Assembly (NCBI GenBank): GCA_000182565.2
Contig: KQ257450.1
Reading direction: 5' to 3' (one strand)
DNA from: Spizellomyces punctatus DAOM BR117
Taxonomy: Eukaryota
DNA length: 64,000 nt
Part shown: positions 41,129-55,037 of the stretch, in pieces
How the letters are laid out: the number at the start of each line of letters is the position of its first letter
How positions within the stretch are numbered: the stretch's first letter is position 1
The notes under the pieces: generated by a model
The model's database searches: none
The model's input: only the letters and a program-made list of their open reading frames with translations
Told to the model about the DNA's origin: nothing
Position numbers and translations under genes: made by a program

Positions 41129-44100
41129 ATGGTTGACTCTACTCCTTCTTTAAGGGACGAGGCTGTCCTTCAACCAGTACTGTCTCTGAAGAGGAAGGCA
41201 TCTGGTGATCTCAAGAAGGATCTGTCAGACAATGCTTCACTTATGCCCGTAAGTAATAAAGTTCATAGTTCGCCCCTTTGGTAGCTGAAGATGCTGCTTG
41301 ATAGGTATACTTGCGCGTACGACCAACAGCAGATGAAGACCGTTATGTGAACGTTTTAAGTGAAACCGAGGTGGAGATAACAGGTGGCAGCAGGGTAAGG
41401 ATATATCTGCGCAACTATACCACCTTCTACGTATTTCAATTTTGAGTCTACGTAGGCAGAGAGAGGACGATTGAAGGCACTGAAGGCAGAGCGCTACGCA
41501 TTTTCGCACGTCTTCAAAGAAACTGCCACTCAAAAGGAAGTCTACGACAGTGTCGTTGGACCTATGGTAGACGAGATATTCTCACCTGGTGAATCTTCGG
41601 CCTTGCTAATGGCTTACGGTGCATCAAGTAGTGGGAAGGTCTGCAGATGATATTTGACGTATGCTAGCTGCTGTTCGGAGCTAACGTCTTCGATGTTAAT
41701 ATCACCAGACTTTCACAACAAAGGGAACACCTGACCAGCCGGGGATCCTTCTACGGACAATTGAAACGATATTGAACCGAGTGAAGGGGGCGCCAACAAA
41801 ATTAGGGATTAAACCAGTGCGGTGGAATGATATTCAGACGACTACGGGGACCATGCCCAGGAAGATATCGATCGCTCCCAATGAAGGTACCTTCGTTGCG
41901 CATACAGATGTCAAAAAGTTGATCGGTAGATCTCATGCAGCCTTGTTAAGGAGTTAGATACGAGTATGCGATTTATCTTTCGTTTGCAGAGGTAATGTCG
42001 TGTTTTTAAGTGTCTTTTGCGTGCGACCTGTAAGCTCAATTTCTCTTCGAACGTTCAATAGATTTACATAGAGCAGGTTGCTGTCCTGAGTCTGGAGAGT
42101 GTCAACGCTTGTTAACCACCCTCCGACAGGTTTATGATTTGCAAAATGCGACAGCAGAAGCTGTAAACGCAGATTCAAATGATAGAATCTTCCGCAAAGT
42201 CTCAGAAACTGCGTCCAAGCGTCCAATAGCCCAATTGAAGGAAGACGTGGAAGGCCGCAAGGTGGGACCAAATTGGACACTTTTCTCGTTCATATGTACT
42301 GACGACTGACGACTTGACCTTGGAGCAGTATATCAATGGTCAGGTAGAAGTTCGAATAAAGGATATGGACCACGCTCGACAGGTCGTCGAAGACGTGATG
42401 CGTAATCGAAGTGTTCTGAGCACTCGAATGAACGAAGCTAGTTCGCGGTCCCATCTTTTGTCTGTCGTGAAAGTTTTGCGAATTCCAGTTGCAGATGGAA
42501 CATCCAAGGTCTGTCAGCAGTACGCCACAATATCGACGCAACGTTTGCTGAAAGACGAAGACTTGCCTAGATTGCAGGGACAGAGATTAGTCGGGTTGCT
42601 GTAGTGGACCTAGCCGGGGCTGAGCGAATTGGGCAATCGGGTGTTGAGGGGAAAGCGCATCGAGAGACCAAGAACATCAACAAGAGTTTGCATGTGCGTA
42701 AATTGTATCTGTTTGTTTCTCTCATATGGGCAGCGTGCTGACAGCCGTTTTCTTTTTATCAAGACTTTGGCCATGTGCATCGAAGGTATGCGCGAAAATC
42801 AAAGCCGGACTGCTAAGAAGGTCGTGATCCCCTGGCGAGAAAGCAAGTTGACAATGCTCATTCAGCCATACTTTGAGCATGGACAAGTTGTGAGTATTTT
42901 GCTCCATACTCAGAGCACGCCGGATTGACAACTGATTCATCTGAATTGACCTGCAGGGGTTCATCGTGAATGGTTAGTATGGGACAATTTCACTATTTCC
43001 CTGCTCTGCCGTACGTGTGCTGCCGTTGAAGAAGAGCTAAATAGCCATGTCTAGTAAATCCATCCATGCAGCACTTCCGAGTCACCTCCGAAGTTTTCCG
43101 TTTTGCTCAAAGAGCCGGTGCTTTGCATGCTGGGGTGAATGGTAAGGGCTCCGTTCAATACAGAACACTTGTGTAGTCAACCAATTGACATCCTTATGAT
43201 CAGGCAAGGCCGAAGCTAACGGTAAGATGCACTTACATCTTACGTTCTCACCCTCGAGACGTTCCACTAAGATTACGCGATGAAAGACGTTGATCCGGAT
43301 CCGGCCATGAGCATTCTGAACGCCGAACTTTTACAGCAAGTGTCATCACTTCGTCAGCAACTTCGCGAAACTGAATGCCGACTAGTTGAGCAAGAATTGG
43401 CGGTACGACAGGATTGCGCCAGGGAGATGAGTAAGCGATTACAGGAAATGGAGTTAAAACATCGGGAGCGTCGAAAGCAGGCAGAACGGCATGAGCAAGA
43501 GAAATTGGACAGAAAGCTAGATATGGCAAATGCAATGCACAAGGGTACGTTTGGTGTGTTGCTGGTCTGCTGGTGGGCATAATGAGCTAATCGATTTTTC
43601 CAGACAAGATTGATAAGGTGAAACGGTACTTACGATTTCCCCTCTTCTGCTGCATACTCAAATGTACAATTTCATGCACACGTCCAGCTTCAGCGTCGCC
43701 TTGCTGAGCAAAGCAGGCTCATTGAGGAACAAGAGCGACAGCTTCACGATGTGGCAGTTGAGAACGGGGAGTCCGGAGTTCTGCAGAGACAGGTTCACGA
43801 TGATATCTTTGTTGTTTCCATTGTTCTTGTCTAAAAGAATCGTAATCGCTTAGATATCATACTTGAGCAAAGAACTGGAGCTTCGTACTTCTGCGTTGGA
43901 GGTTGAGCGAGATACCGTCATCAAATTACGGCAGAGGATCAGAGAAATGGAGATGAGCAACGGACTTGGGGAAAAACTTCCATTGAGCGGTTCCTCTGAA
44001 GTTCTTGGAGAGAAGGTGGCCATCACAGGTCGCAAGGCGTGACATATCCCATTCTCATATTCTGGTCATGGCTCCTCCATTAGATCCGCAATCTTGAAGA

Positions 44101-45532
44101 TCAGTTGGCGCGAACCATCGAGGAAGGTATCGCAGCCAAAGAAGCTGCCAAAGTTGTTCAGGAAATGTATCAACAGAAGATTGCCCAGGTGCGAGGAACA
44201 GGAAAATATGCCAAGCATGGGATCCAGGCGTTGATAACCTCTCCTTCCCTTCCTAGCTGAGTGACCAACTAGTAATCCAAGAGGGCAAAGCAAGAAAGCT
44301 TGAACTCGACTTTTGGGAACTTAAGAGGATGGAAGAACGGCATGACGCCAACAGTGTAAATGAAACAACCGAGATACTACCATCCGAGGAGTCGATGCAG
44401 GATCTAGACGACCAGTCAATAACAGTGGAAAATACCACCAGTCACCCTCTTTCAGCGTCACATGAAACAACTTCAAAGCGAAGGATATTGTGAGGGATCG
44501 CGTTCTCATCTTTGAGTGACCCTGCGTGCTTTACCTAACGTCGCACATTCTTGGTATTTCAAAGGAGATACTCTACAGAATATCTTGAAGCCAAGGCTGC
44601 TGAAGAACACGCTACGTCAGACGGCAGCGTTTCTAAAGGATCAACTCCTGAAGTCATGATTTTGCCAGGACATGGCTCAAAGAATGCGAAAAAGCGACAC
44701 AGCGCAGTTCCACCTAGGCGACGAATATCTCGTACAAAGGAAAAGCGATTATCAGAACCGGCTATGGGGACTTTGCATTCCACACGTGAGAAAAAACGGA
44801 AAGCCGCGCGAGACACGACTGACGGGACATTCGAAGCGGAAGGGTTGGAAGCACAGGAACCGTCATTCCCAGAGACAATCGTTGAAGATGTGACCTTGGG
44901 CGACGAAAATCGGCACACATATGTGAAACAATCGGTGGGCCGAAAAAAGAAGGTTGATGGGCCACTAGTAAAGGAATCCCAATCTGGAAATGAGGACATG
45001 GATGCCACCGTCGAATCAGTTGCTGCTGAAGTGGTATGGTTCCAGTATCAGTATCGCAGCGACGCAATTACGAGTCTGATATTGATACCAAATCGTCCAA
45101 TATCCAAAGAACTCAAGTCCCACCTACGAAGCCCAAATTGACCAGCCAATAACATCGTCCCCCTCCTCTGACCACATTCTTAAGCCACAGAATGTCGAAG
45201 AAAATCAAGCCTCGGTATGTTCTTATAGGTTCTTTGACGGCTTTTAAAATCGGGATTAATGTGGAATTCTCTGTGGATCCCGTAAGATGACCCGCGACCC
45301 ATCTGGCATTGACGATGACAATAAATCCAAACCTGAAGAACCCATTAAAAAGAAGAGGTGAGATTTCCGCGAATACATCATATACACGAGCATGAAGTTG
45401 CTAATACTGCTAATAACTGTAAGAAAATTGAGAAGTAAAAAGATTGTAGATCTTCAAGAGATTGAGGCACCTGTGGGGAGATCTGGGAAGAGATATTCTA
45501 CTATAGTACAGAGACTGCCCAAGCGTGGATAG
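41129..45532 (+). CDS. N-terminal-motor kinesin, probably kinesin-6 (MKLP/KIF20/KIF23-like), many exons
   Basis: VYLRVRP, YAFSHVF, P-loop YGASSSGKT, NEASSRSH, VVDLAGAER, NINKSL, IPWRESKLT; coiled-coil stalk and basic tail. Subfamily is inferred. Confidence 0.85.
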
Positions 45533-45637
45533 TTTAGTTAGCTGTCGCCCTAGTAGTATGGTTTATCATGGATGGTATTCAAGTAATTGTTTTAATTTGT
45601 ACAGACATGGATAACAGAATTGTGCACTAGTATGTGT

Positions 45638-47376
45638 TTATAGATATTCATCATCTTCCTCATCCGACCAATCGAGGTCTTCGTCCTTGATAGTTAAGGA
45701 GGCAATAGCTCCTTCCTTACCTTTCGCCTCCGTGGTGAAGATGAGTTCAGCGATTTCACCTGGGCGTCCTGCGGGAGGTGTTCTAAGCACCGCTCCGGCC
45801 GAAACACCCCGAGTTCCTGCCCACTCAGTCATCTTCTCTCTTTCTGCTGCCATCCGGACCACCTTCTCCATTGCTCTTTTTCTTTCCAATTTTTCCAAAT
45901 CCCTTCTCTTGTCTCGCCCTCTTTCTCGCCGTTTTTCGGATTGGACCACCTTTTGAAGTCGGATATTCAGCATATCCTGACGAACAGTTGAATCACGCAG
46001 CAGTTGGATATTTTGAGCTTCCAGCTTGTGCTTCTGGTCAAGGAGATCCTGTGTTCGGGTTATAAGTGCTCGCAGTTGAGTCGACAAACGCTGGTTCTCT
46101 GAGTCAAGAGCGCTAATGTGGGTGGTTAAATACTTGTGGGCTTTCTGTATGCCAAGAGGCGCATTAAGAGTCCTATTCGGGGAATGTGATGGCTGTAATG
46201 GTAAATTACCTCATGTGCCGCGCTCTCCATCTCCTTGATCTTTGCATCTGTCTCTTTCTGAACTTTAATGCGCTCTTCCAGTAACGTTCTTTCGAGCTCT
46301 GCTACTCGGATTTGGTGCTGATGCTCGGCTTCCTGCATTTCTTTGTGGAGGTGGGCGATATCAGATTCGTGTCGGGCGCGACGGGACTGAGAATGGTGAT
46401 GCTGATGAGCTACCAAGTTTTCGTTAGAGAAGACGTTCTAGTTTGCATACCATAACATCTGAAAGACTTTGGACTTCTTGTTGTTTGGTGTCAATTTTGT
46501 CTTCAAGATCTAAGATCTGCTTGCGTAGGTCTGGCCCGCCACGAAGGTGAAAATATTAGGCCGAGTTCATGACTTGCGATGGAGGTGCTCGGGGCTAACC
46601 TTCCATCTTGGCCTCGTTTTCCACTTCTTTGGCCTTCTTCTTGGCAACAAAGCTCTCCAAATCTAGTTTGCTGCTTTCAATCAGCTGGTCGATGGCACTT
46701 TGTTTCTCAGACTTTTTTGACTCTAGGTATGAAATGTATTCGGCCTGTGAGGAAGTGTACGGTCAGCATACATGAGTTGCACTGATGATATGAGACCATG
46801 ATAACATCAATTTATACGTACGGTGTCCCGCTGACAGGCTTCAATCTCTTCTCGATACCAGTCATTCTCTTTTTTACTATTAGAACAGCAATAAAGGGCA
46901 TGAACAAGGTGAGTGGTGATTAAAGACGTCTTGAGGAACATCCTTGGAGTACCTGAAAGACAGGGATCTGAGGAGGCACTTACTGTCGCTCGCATTTAGC
47001 CTTATAATCTGCTAGCTCTGTCTCTAACGTCTCTAATCTGTTCACATTGGGAAGGGCGTAAGTGTCAACCGTAAACCATAATTGAAAACACGCCGACATC
47101 TAACCTTCGTCTTAAGACAGCTTCATCCAAATCTTCAAGTTTAAGGTCGCCTTGCCCTTGACCACGCTTTCCTCCCTTCATCAATTGTTTTGCAATTGTG
47201 GTTCCTATTGCCACTTTCTTCTTTCCTTCTGTTTTTGAGGATTTGCCGGTTCTGTCCACGGAACCGGAATCTGCTGGTTGAGCAGGAGTTTCGGCAAACC
47301 GTACAGAGGGAGGGTCAGCAGCAACAGCATCTGGCGGATTGCGCAGCTTTTGTCGGGATCTTGTGATAGCGGCCAT
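45638..47376 (-). CDS. Coiled-coil protein, CCDC166/CCDC121 (DUF4515)-like, multi-exon
   Basis: KKENDWYREEIEACQRDT/..YISYL...AHKYLTTHISALDSENQRLSTQLRALITRTQDLLDQKHKLEAQNIQLLR resembles DUF4515 proteins. Confidence 0.62.
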
Positions 47377-47602
47377 CCTTATTGTGGTTAACAGACAACA
47401 ATATTGTAGCGAGTGATACTACAATCATGCTAATGGTCGGAGTCTGGCGACAAGCCACGTTCTGGATGACTCATCCGATCACTTCCATTCGATGACTCAT
47501 GCATTTCACGATCGAGTGAAATCCACGGTGTGCGAAAACACATGCTTTAAACCTCACCGTCAAAATGACCTTCTCCAGAGCACTGCATCGGCCGAAAAAG
47601 AT

Positions 47603-48286
47603 ATGCAGTCCGAAGAACCAAAGTTTGTCGTCCAACCTTTCCATAACTGGAATGGCAGCTGTACGTTGTTCGAACCAGTTCAGCTCGAAGGTCCACGCCT
47701 TCGACTGACGCCGACGACCGCGGACGACCTACCGGAGCTGTATTCGCTATCTCATAATCAGGGACAGAACGTATTCGAACACTTTCCGTGGGGACCATTT
47801 GAAAGTGTTGAAGAGTTTGAGCGTTTTCACCTGGGACCAAAACTGTTGGGAAGTCCCAATGCCATGATGTTTACTGTGTGGCTATTGCCACACGGTGACA
47901 ATAAAAACGAGGAGCTTAAGCGCATCGGGGTCTTTGGATATATCAACATTGTTCCACAGCACAAGAATATCGAAATTGGACCTGTTTGGTTGAATCCCGG
48001 TACGCACGGTGCTGGGTTCGCTACAGAGGCAGGTTACCTCCTAATTCGACACGCTTTCGAGAATCTACAGTATGTTCATGTTGAATGGAGAGCACATCAT
48101 CTCAATGTCGCCTCCAGGCAATGTGCTGCATCGATAGGATTCCAGCAAGATGGATATTTGAGAAAGCACATGTTGTTGCACGGGCAATGGCGCCATACTG
48201 TGATTCTAACGATCACGGACGATGATTGGAAGGAGGGAGTGAAAGATAGACTTGAAGTAAAACTGTTAGCCAAGCTGCGGAACTGA
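47603..48286 (+). CDS. Intronless GNAT acetyltransferase, RimJ/RimL (Acetyltransf_3) family
   Basis: LEGPRLRLTP, IEIGPVW, GAGFATEAGYLLIRHAFE, EWRAHHLNVASRQCAASIGFQQDGYLR. Start could be at 47492. Confidence 0.88.
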   Translation: MQSEEPKFVVQPFHNWNGSCTLFEPVQLEGPRLRLTPTTADDLPELYSLSHNQGQNVFEHFPWGPFESVEEFERFHLGPKLLGSPNAMMFTVWLLPHGDNKNEELKRIGVFGYINIVPQHKNIEIGPVWLNPGTHGAGFATEAGYLLIRHAFENLQYVHVEWRAHHLNVASRQCAASIGFQQDGYLRKHMLLHGQWRHTVILTITDDDWKEGVKDRLEVKLLAKLRN

Positions 48287-48876
48287 GTAATTTGTCTTAG
48301 AGGCTCACTTTATACCGACTAGTTTTGGACATCAGATGTAGAGCAATGGGTCTAATAAAATACCAAAGTCCGCAAATGTTCTACAATAGTCAATAGACCC
48401 GGATAATGGGCTCCATGCAGCAGTATGTGGTGTAGGATATCGCTTGAGGGCAGACTTGCGCGCAGTAACAAAGCCTTACTAAGCCCCGAGTGTCAGTGAA
48501 AGAGCAGGAAAAAATCAAACCCACGCGAGTTATTTACACTCGACAGTTGTTTTGTCGTAGTTGACAACTCGACACCATTGCCAGGTTCTCAGCGAATCTC
48601 TCCTTTGCCCAAGATACCTTACTCTCACTACCCGTAATCCTCAGTTCGTAATTCAAACAACAATTGATAGGTCGTCACGATTTCAACCTGCAACACCGCA
48701 TGCACTGCACCTCAAAACCGAACACTTGCCCACACCAGGAATCAAAATCTCCCAGTGCCGACTTTATTGGCCGAATATTCTTTCCTTAATTCTGCTGCGG
48801 GCTTTCATTGCAGATTTGTAGTTGCTGGAGTCACAGTCATTTCTCTCCAAATCTCGAAATCTTTGTCGCTTTGCCA

Positions 48877-51103
48877 ATGCCTGTCAGTTTGCATTCTTCG
48901 GGAAGTGAGATAGCACAGAATCATACACACGAGCACACAAGCACGATCACTGCAACAACTCCCATATCCTGCCGTAAGCCTCCCTCTCAGGTACCAGTTT
49001 TCTCGCCAAGTCCAATGCAAATGCGAAGTCAAGAGCCCAGTGGTCAGCCTGCAGTCGCACTGGCTGCCCATGGAGTTGGAGAGAGAGGAGGCAATCTATC
49101 TGACGCACCAGAGGTACGGCAGGCACCGACCCAGTCTGCTCCACCTAGAGGGCAATCCTTGCATAAGGGTATAAATGGGCAGACACCAAACGGTATACCG
49201 CCGAGTTCAGCCGTTCATCGACAATCCTCACCCACCAGAAGTAGTGGACCTGTCAATACCCCTCCATCCGCATCTGTTACTGTCTCGCAAGCGTCATCAC
49301 CAGCATCTAACGCAGCCGGAATAAAAAAGGCACCAAAACCACAGAAGAAGGCACTGGCACCTGAGGAGTTATCATCGATGATCCAATCAAAGATCGTTCA
49401 ACTGGAGACTGAGTCAACACTGGAGGAAGAGGAGGAGAAGGCTATTGGTAGATTCCCTCTGATCGATTGATAGGCGTTTATATGTGATGACTGATGCGTG
49501 TTGGAATTTGGTTAGCCAAGGCGGTGAAAAAGGCGTCAAAAGATATCAGCCAACTCATGGAGAACCAAACTAGTACAGAGAAACTAGAACTGATCCAAAC
49601 TAAATATATGGACTTGGTGAGTTACGCCAAGACGCGCTGGAAGAATCGTATCGACGGTACTGACTAGCCTGTGACTGTCCTTGACTAGTTCCAAGAGAAC
49701 AAACGCCTGGAACGAGACCACGGAAAACTCAAACGGAAACTAGAACAATCGAATAAAGAGAAAGATTCCTGTAGGTCGGAGGTTTGACCTTTTGCCACAC
49801 TACATCTCGTCTGACTGCGGCTATCCAGCAAAGGCCGAGTACACAAAGCTTCATGCCCAAAAGCAGAAAATTGAGGCTCTTTGTAGAGAATTACAAAAAG
49901 AAAATAAACGAGTAAAGGTATGATGCCGCCCCCAGACCGGCTTGGTTCCCTGTTACTCTTTTCTTTCGTGATCGCTGATATGCCACACGGTAATATCAGG
50001 AGGAAAGCAAGCGCTTGGCCGTCAGCGAGCAGCAAAAGAGGGAAGAACTGTCTTCAAAGTTTGAAAGCACCATTTGGGAGATAAAATCAAAGATGGAGGA
50101 AGACAGCGACGAGAAGAAGCGAAGAGCAGAGGACAGTGAAATGTATGTTCCACTAAACTCCCGAACCGCCCCTAGCACATTACACCGTTGAGCTTTTTGG
50201 CTGACAAGTAATCCACCACAGGCTGAAGGATAAATTCAAAAGTTTCCTTGAGCAATATGAACTGCGAGAGAAGCATTACAACTCAATGGTGAAATCACGG
50301 GAGATTGAGATCCAGCTCTTGGAGGCGAAACTTGAGCAACAACGACGTGCGACGGAGGAGGAAACTATAAAAGGCACTGCTTTAAAGGCTCAAGTGGCGT
50401 CTTTTGTGAAGACGGAGACGGACTTGCGGAAGCAGCTGTCTATATATGTGGAAAAGTTCAAGCAGGTTGAGGAGACGCTGAATAAAAGCAATGAGCTGTT
50501 TATAACGTTTCGGAAAGAAATGGAGCAGGTACGTTGGCACATTGCAGAGTTCACGGCAGATGTTGTTATTTAGCGGTACTACCAGATGACGAAAAAGACG
50601 AGGAAGCTAGAAAAAGAAAACACTGCCGCCAAACTAAAATGTGAAAAGATGAACAAAAATATATTAGAAATGGCGGAGGAGGCAAGTATTACTGGTTCGG
50701 GGCAACTCACAAATGTATTAAACGGCTAATTTCTTCCCAACAGCGAACAAAAAATCACAAAGCCCTAGAGAACGCTCTAGCAGGGAAAGCAAAAATGGAA
50801 AATCTGTGCCGTGCCCTCCAAACGGAGCGAAATACACTTCGAAAAAGACTATCGCAGTACGAAAGTCGATCCCCATCGCCATCAGTAGGCTCACGGAATT
50901 CAGTGAGCGGGGATGACGAGAGAGGGAGTGGGGACACAGGGAGTGCGAATGGAAGGGAGGTGGGGGAAGGTGATACGGGGTCAAGCAGTAATGATGAATT
51001 TTTGGAAGTTGAAAGCACTGAAGGCGAAGAGGACTTTACCGATGAAGAAGGTCATGGGCCGAATGGAGTGGATGTTGTGCAAAGTACCCCAGAAACGGCC
51101 TAA
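48877..51103 (+). CDS. Taxilin-family coiled-coil protein, multi-exon
   Basis: ALCRELQKENKR, LSIYVEKFKQVEETLNKSNELFITFRKEMEQMTKKTRKLEKEN, MENLCRALQTER. Confidence 0.9.
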
Positions 51104-51493
51104 ATTTCTCAACAAGGGAGATGGCGGGTGATCTGCGGCGTGTTTTCGGCGTCAAGCAAGTTGTCTTTTGTGCATTGTCGTGAAAGTTTTACGTGGGCTT
51201 GCATGGTGGGCTTTGCACGTAGCTCTTTCTCTGGCGCTAAACACGAGTTCCGGCTGCCTATCTCACTTGTGTACTTTTGAGACTCGCATTATAGTCACTT
51301 CTTTTGCACAGATTATTGTACATTATCTTTTTTTTCATTCAAAAGTCCTATATCTAAATACAGTTTTTCTTTTGGTGTTGTTTGCATGTGGGTGACTATC
51401 GACAGCATTGTTACGATCGCCTCTACGAGGACGTTGCTATGCCAACACCGTCTGTAGGCAAGCGTAATCATTCCGCTCTTGAGCAAGAAGCTA

Positions 51494-52601
51494 ATGCTGC
51501 GATATTTCGGGCTGCAGCACCACACATTCCGCTCTGTAGCAAAACATGCGATGACAGCGATATTTCAGCGGGCAGGTGCGCTCCCTCTCGTAGCCAACCG
51601 AGGCTCTACCACCGTCCGCTGGTCTACGACAAAGTGAGAACCAGAGACTTTTGGCCATGACAGAGGGTAGTTGCATTGAAGCCTGTTCACTCACGACCCT
51701 CTTTCATGGACATTCAAAAGCACAAAACAATGGCATGCTCGACAATCCCGTGACATGTACGTAAAACAGCGTGCACAGGATGGATACCGTAGTCGAGCGG
51801 CCTACAAACTGGAAGAGGTTCAAAAGCGGTTTGGATTAATTCGAAAGGGAATGGTTGTATTGGATTTGGGGGGATGTCCTGGTGGATGGGCACAGGTATG
51901 TTTTTATTGAATCTGCAGAGAGATGCAGGTCAAGATGGTTAATGGTGTGGGATGTGTGCAGGTCGCTGTAAAATATGCCATTAGAAAGGATACAGGTGGG
52001 ACACGCTTGTCGTCGACGGATAGGGACCAGACGGTTTCCATTCGACCCAAATCACAAGGAAAGGTCATTTCCATCGATCTCTTGCCTATTGATCCGATAC
52101 CAAATGTTCAAATTTTGACTGGAGACATGTGCGATCCAATGATCCTCGACAAGGTCTGCACTTTGGTTCACGGCAGTCAAGATGCACCAAACCGTACGGA
52201 CCAGGATGCGGTGGATGTTGTTTTATCTGATATGGCGCATCCGTTTACTGGATCCCGAACTGCGGATGTGGCCAGGGTGTTTGAGCTCTGTCAAGTTGCA
52301 CTGCGGGTTGCCGAGACACCTGGGATATTGAAGAGAGGAGGTGGATTTGTATGCAAGTTTTTTCAAGGAGAGGGTGAACAAGGTAAGCCTCTAGATCCAT
52401 TGGATATTGTGCCTTATCGTTATTTGTACAGCGTGTGGAATCTAATATGACTTGTCCTTGCTGTGTTTTTAAATATCAGAGTTGAGAACAGAGCTGAAAG
52501 CCAAATTTGATCGTGTGGTATATGAAAAGCCCAACGCTAGTCGGAAAGCGTCTGCGGAGGGCTATCTAATTTGTTTAGGCTATAAAGGCCGGACGACGTA
52601 A
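51494..52601 (+). CDS. MRM2: FtsJ/RlmE-family rRNA 2'-O-methyltransferase, mitochondrial Mrm2-like
   Basis: [12 protein letters not shown]...[50 protein letters not shown]-terminus [17 protein letters not shown] resembles a transit peptide. Confidence 0.88.
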
Positions 52602-53653
52602 TAGAAATCCTGAGCTGCGCGGCTCCGCATTGCAAAATTCATGATGTATTATGGGCTTTGGGAGATGCCTTTGCCATGTTCAATTCATAAAGAGTGGAGA
52701 AAACAAACTCGCGTAGCTTACCAACCATCTTCTACCAGTTTGTTGACAACAAATACCGTGGGATGGCAATTTGGGGGTCGATTGCTTAAGCCATCAAGGG
52801 AAAACCATCTGAATATCCGCGGTAAAAAAATGGGATCTCAAAGGGGGGTTTTCAACACCGTTTGGCAAGGATCAAAGATTACGCATCAATTAAACATCTT
52901 TTAAAAGTTGATATGCAAAATGTCTCATCCATCTCCCATTATCTCATCTTTAACATTCCCCCCCATCTGACCATCAAAAATTTCGCAACTGTTCATCATG
53001 TTTGGGAATGTAAAAAAAAAACTGATAATCAAACTCTATCACACACGCCACGAGATTTCATTTCTTGCCATTGGCACACAACGACAAAGAAAATTTCAAC
53101 CGTTTGACTATGCCACATTTTTGCTACTAGAAAATTTATCTTGTATTCGCCGCTTTCCCACACATTCACACACTCTCTCTTTTAGCAAATCTTTTACATC
53201 TCTCTCTCCCATCTCTCTCTTGCGTAACCACGGCATTTGACAAGGAGAAACACACACGGCAACTTTCGGAAAGACTTGTCTCATCTGACATAACCATGTC
53301 TAACAGTGATGCCCAGCCCTTGTTCATTCCCCCCCCTTTTACCCTCACCCGCCCTCTTCCTCCCTTCCACTCGCCCTCTCTCTCTCTCGCCGACTTGCCC
53401 GCATTTTGCTTTTTTCTTTTTTGCGCCCTGTGACACACCGCCCAACATATATATATATATAATAGGATTATTCAGGGGGGCAAGAATCAAAGATTTCAAC
53501 CCACGGGGGAGTCCCATCTCTCTCTCAGGACTAAGGCTTTGTAACGTTCTTTTTTACGTGAACAGTTTTTGATTTTTGGCTTGCCTCGCCGTATTGAACA
53601 TCTAAAAGGAGATAACCCCTACGCACACACACACTTGTATTTATGCTAGTGCA

Positions 53654-54709
53654 ATGGTATCCATTGGTGAGCTTTTAAACCACGACAACGGCCGACAGCA
53701 GCAGGACAGCCATATAACATCTTGGTGTGCTCTCGGCGACACTGTGCACAAGTGCCTTGATGCTTGCAGTCGATGGGGGAATGGATGTGTTAGACACTCG
53801 GATTCACATGGCATCGCTACCGCTCAAGACTGTAGCAGCAAGTCTTGTTCTTCTTCTTCTTGCCAAGTGTCTGGGAATTCTGAGCGTCCCATACCGGTAG
53901 CCCTCCCAGGTTTATCAACCCTTCTCCCATGGTCTACTCTCCCACCCGCTCCGCTCCCAGCGCGCTCTCCACAACCATCTTCTCCCATATCTCATACGTG
54001 GCCTAAAGGCCAACCCACAGTTTCTCAATGCGTATCTCCACCGCTGTCGGCTGTGCGTCCACACCCCGCATCCCCTGTCCGAATACCGTGGAACCAGCAT
54101 CACATCCCCCACACATTCCCACCTCACAGTATGCCCCTTTCCCCACCCAACTCTCAACCTCATTCCTACGGCTCTACAGCGGACTGCGCTAGTTCGTGCT
54201 CATCGTCTGTGGGATCGTACTCGGATACCGCATCTCCAACCATGACACCGCGAGATCAGCAGCCGATGGAGGAGTCTGGAGTGGAAAACCAAAATGGTCA
54301 AACGGAGGAAGGTGGAGGGAAAGCTGCAAAATCCTATCTTTGCCCCATTTGTTCGCGCCCGTTTTCTCGCATGTGTAAGTGTTCTAGGAGACAGGACGCC
54401 CTACGTTCAACTGTGACCTGACTCTTGCTTGTTTCAACAGACAACCTCCGCACCCACATTGAACGCCACTCTGTACGCCGTACTTTTGAATGCGATCTCT
54501 GCCCAGCTAAAATTCTCTCNNNNNNNNNNNNNNNNNNNNNNNNNNNNNNNNNNNNNNNNNNNNNNNNNNNNNNNNNNNNNNNNNNNNNNNNNNNNNNNNN
54601 NNNNNNNNNNNNNNNNNNNNNNNNNNNNNNNNNNNNNNNNNNNNNNNNNNNNNNNNNNNNNNNNNNNNNNNNNNNNNNNCGGCAAGTCAATGCCGATACC
54701 ACCGCATGA
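53654..54709 (+). CDS. C2H2 zinc-finger transcription factor interrupted by an assembly gap
   Basis: MVSIGELLN start, Pro/Ser-rich region, YLCPICSRPFSRM/YNLRTHIERH then FECDLC before the N run. 3' end uncertain. Confidence 0.8.
54520..54679. other. Assembly gap (160 N)
   Basis: Run of N. Confidence 1.
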
Positions 54710-55037
54710 AAATCAAGATTTTTTACATAGCTCGTAATTTTGTTGTCTTGGATTGATAGTCGAGGCTGGCCCTCATTTTTACTTTTTGTTTTCATAGTTT
54801 AGCACTTTTTTTTTTTTTCTGTCACTTGTACCTTAATCTTTAGCATAATTGTGTAATTGTTTTGATCAGTAATCCTATACGATAAGGACACTTTTGAACA
54901 TCATTTTCATATAGAGTACTGGAGCCACATTGGAACACATGCATTTATGGACTAGTGACAATGTGCAATGCACTCATATTGTGAAATACAACATTACAAG
55001 TAGAGTAAATAAATAAATCCAACATCCCCATCGTTTC

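Noticed and set aside
48270-48286. Peroxisomal PTS1 (AKL) on the GNAT protein
   Set aside because: AKL is followed by RN before the stop, so it is not C-terminal.
52900-53640. Low-complexity CT/AT tracts as a mobile element
   Set aside because: No terminal repeats or transposase/RT fragments; consistent with the long promoter of the zinc-finger gene.
54500-54519. Apparent frameshift in the second zinc finger (PAKIL instead of the expected PAKFS)
   Set aside because: An A homopolymer directly beside the N gap; most likely a low-quality base call.
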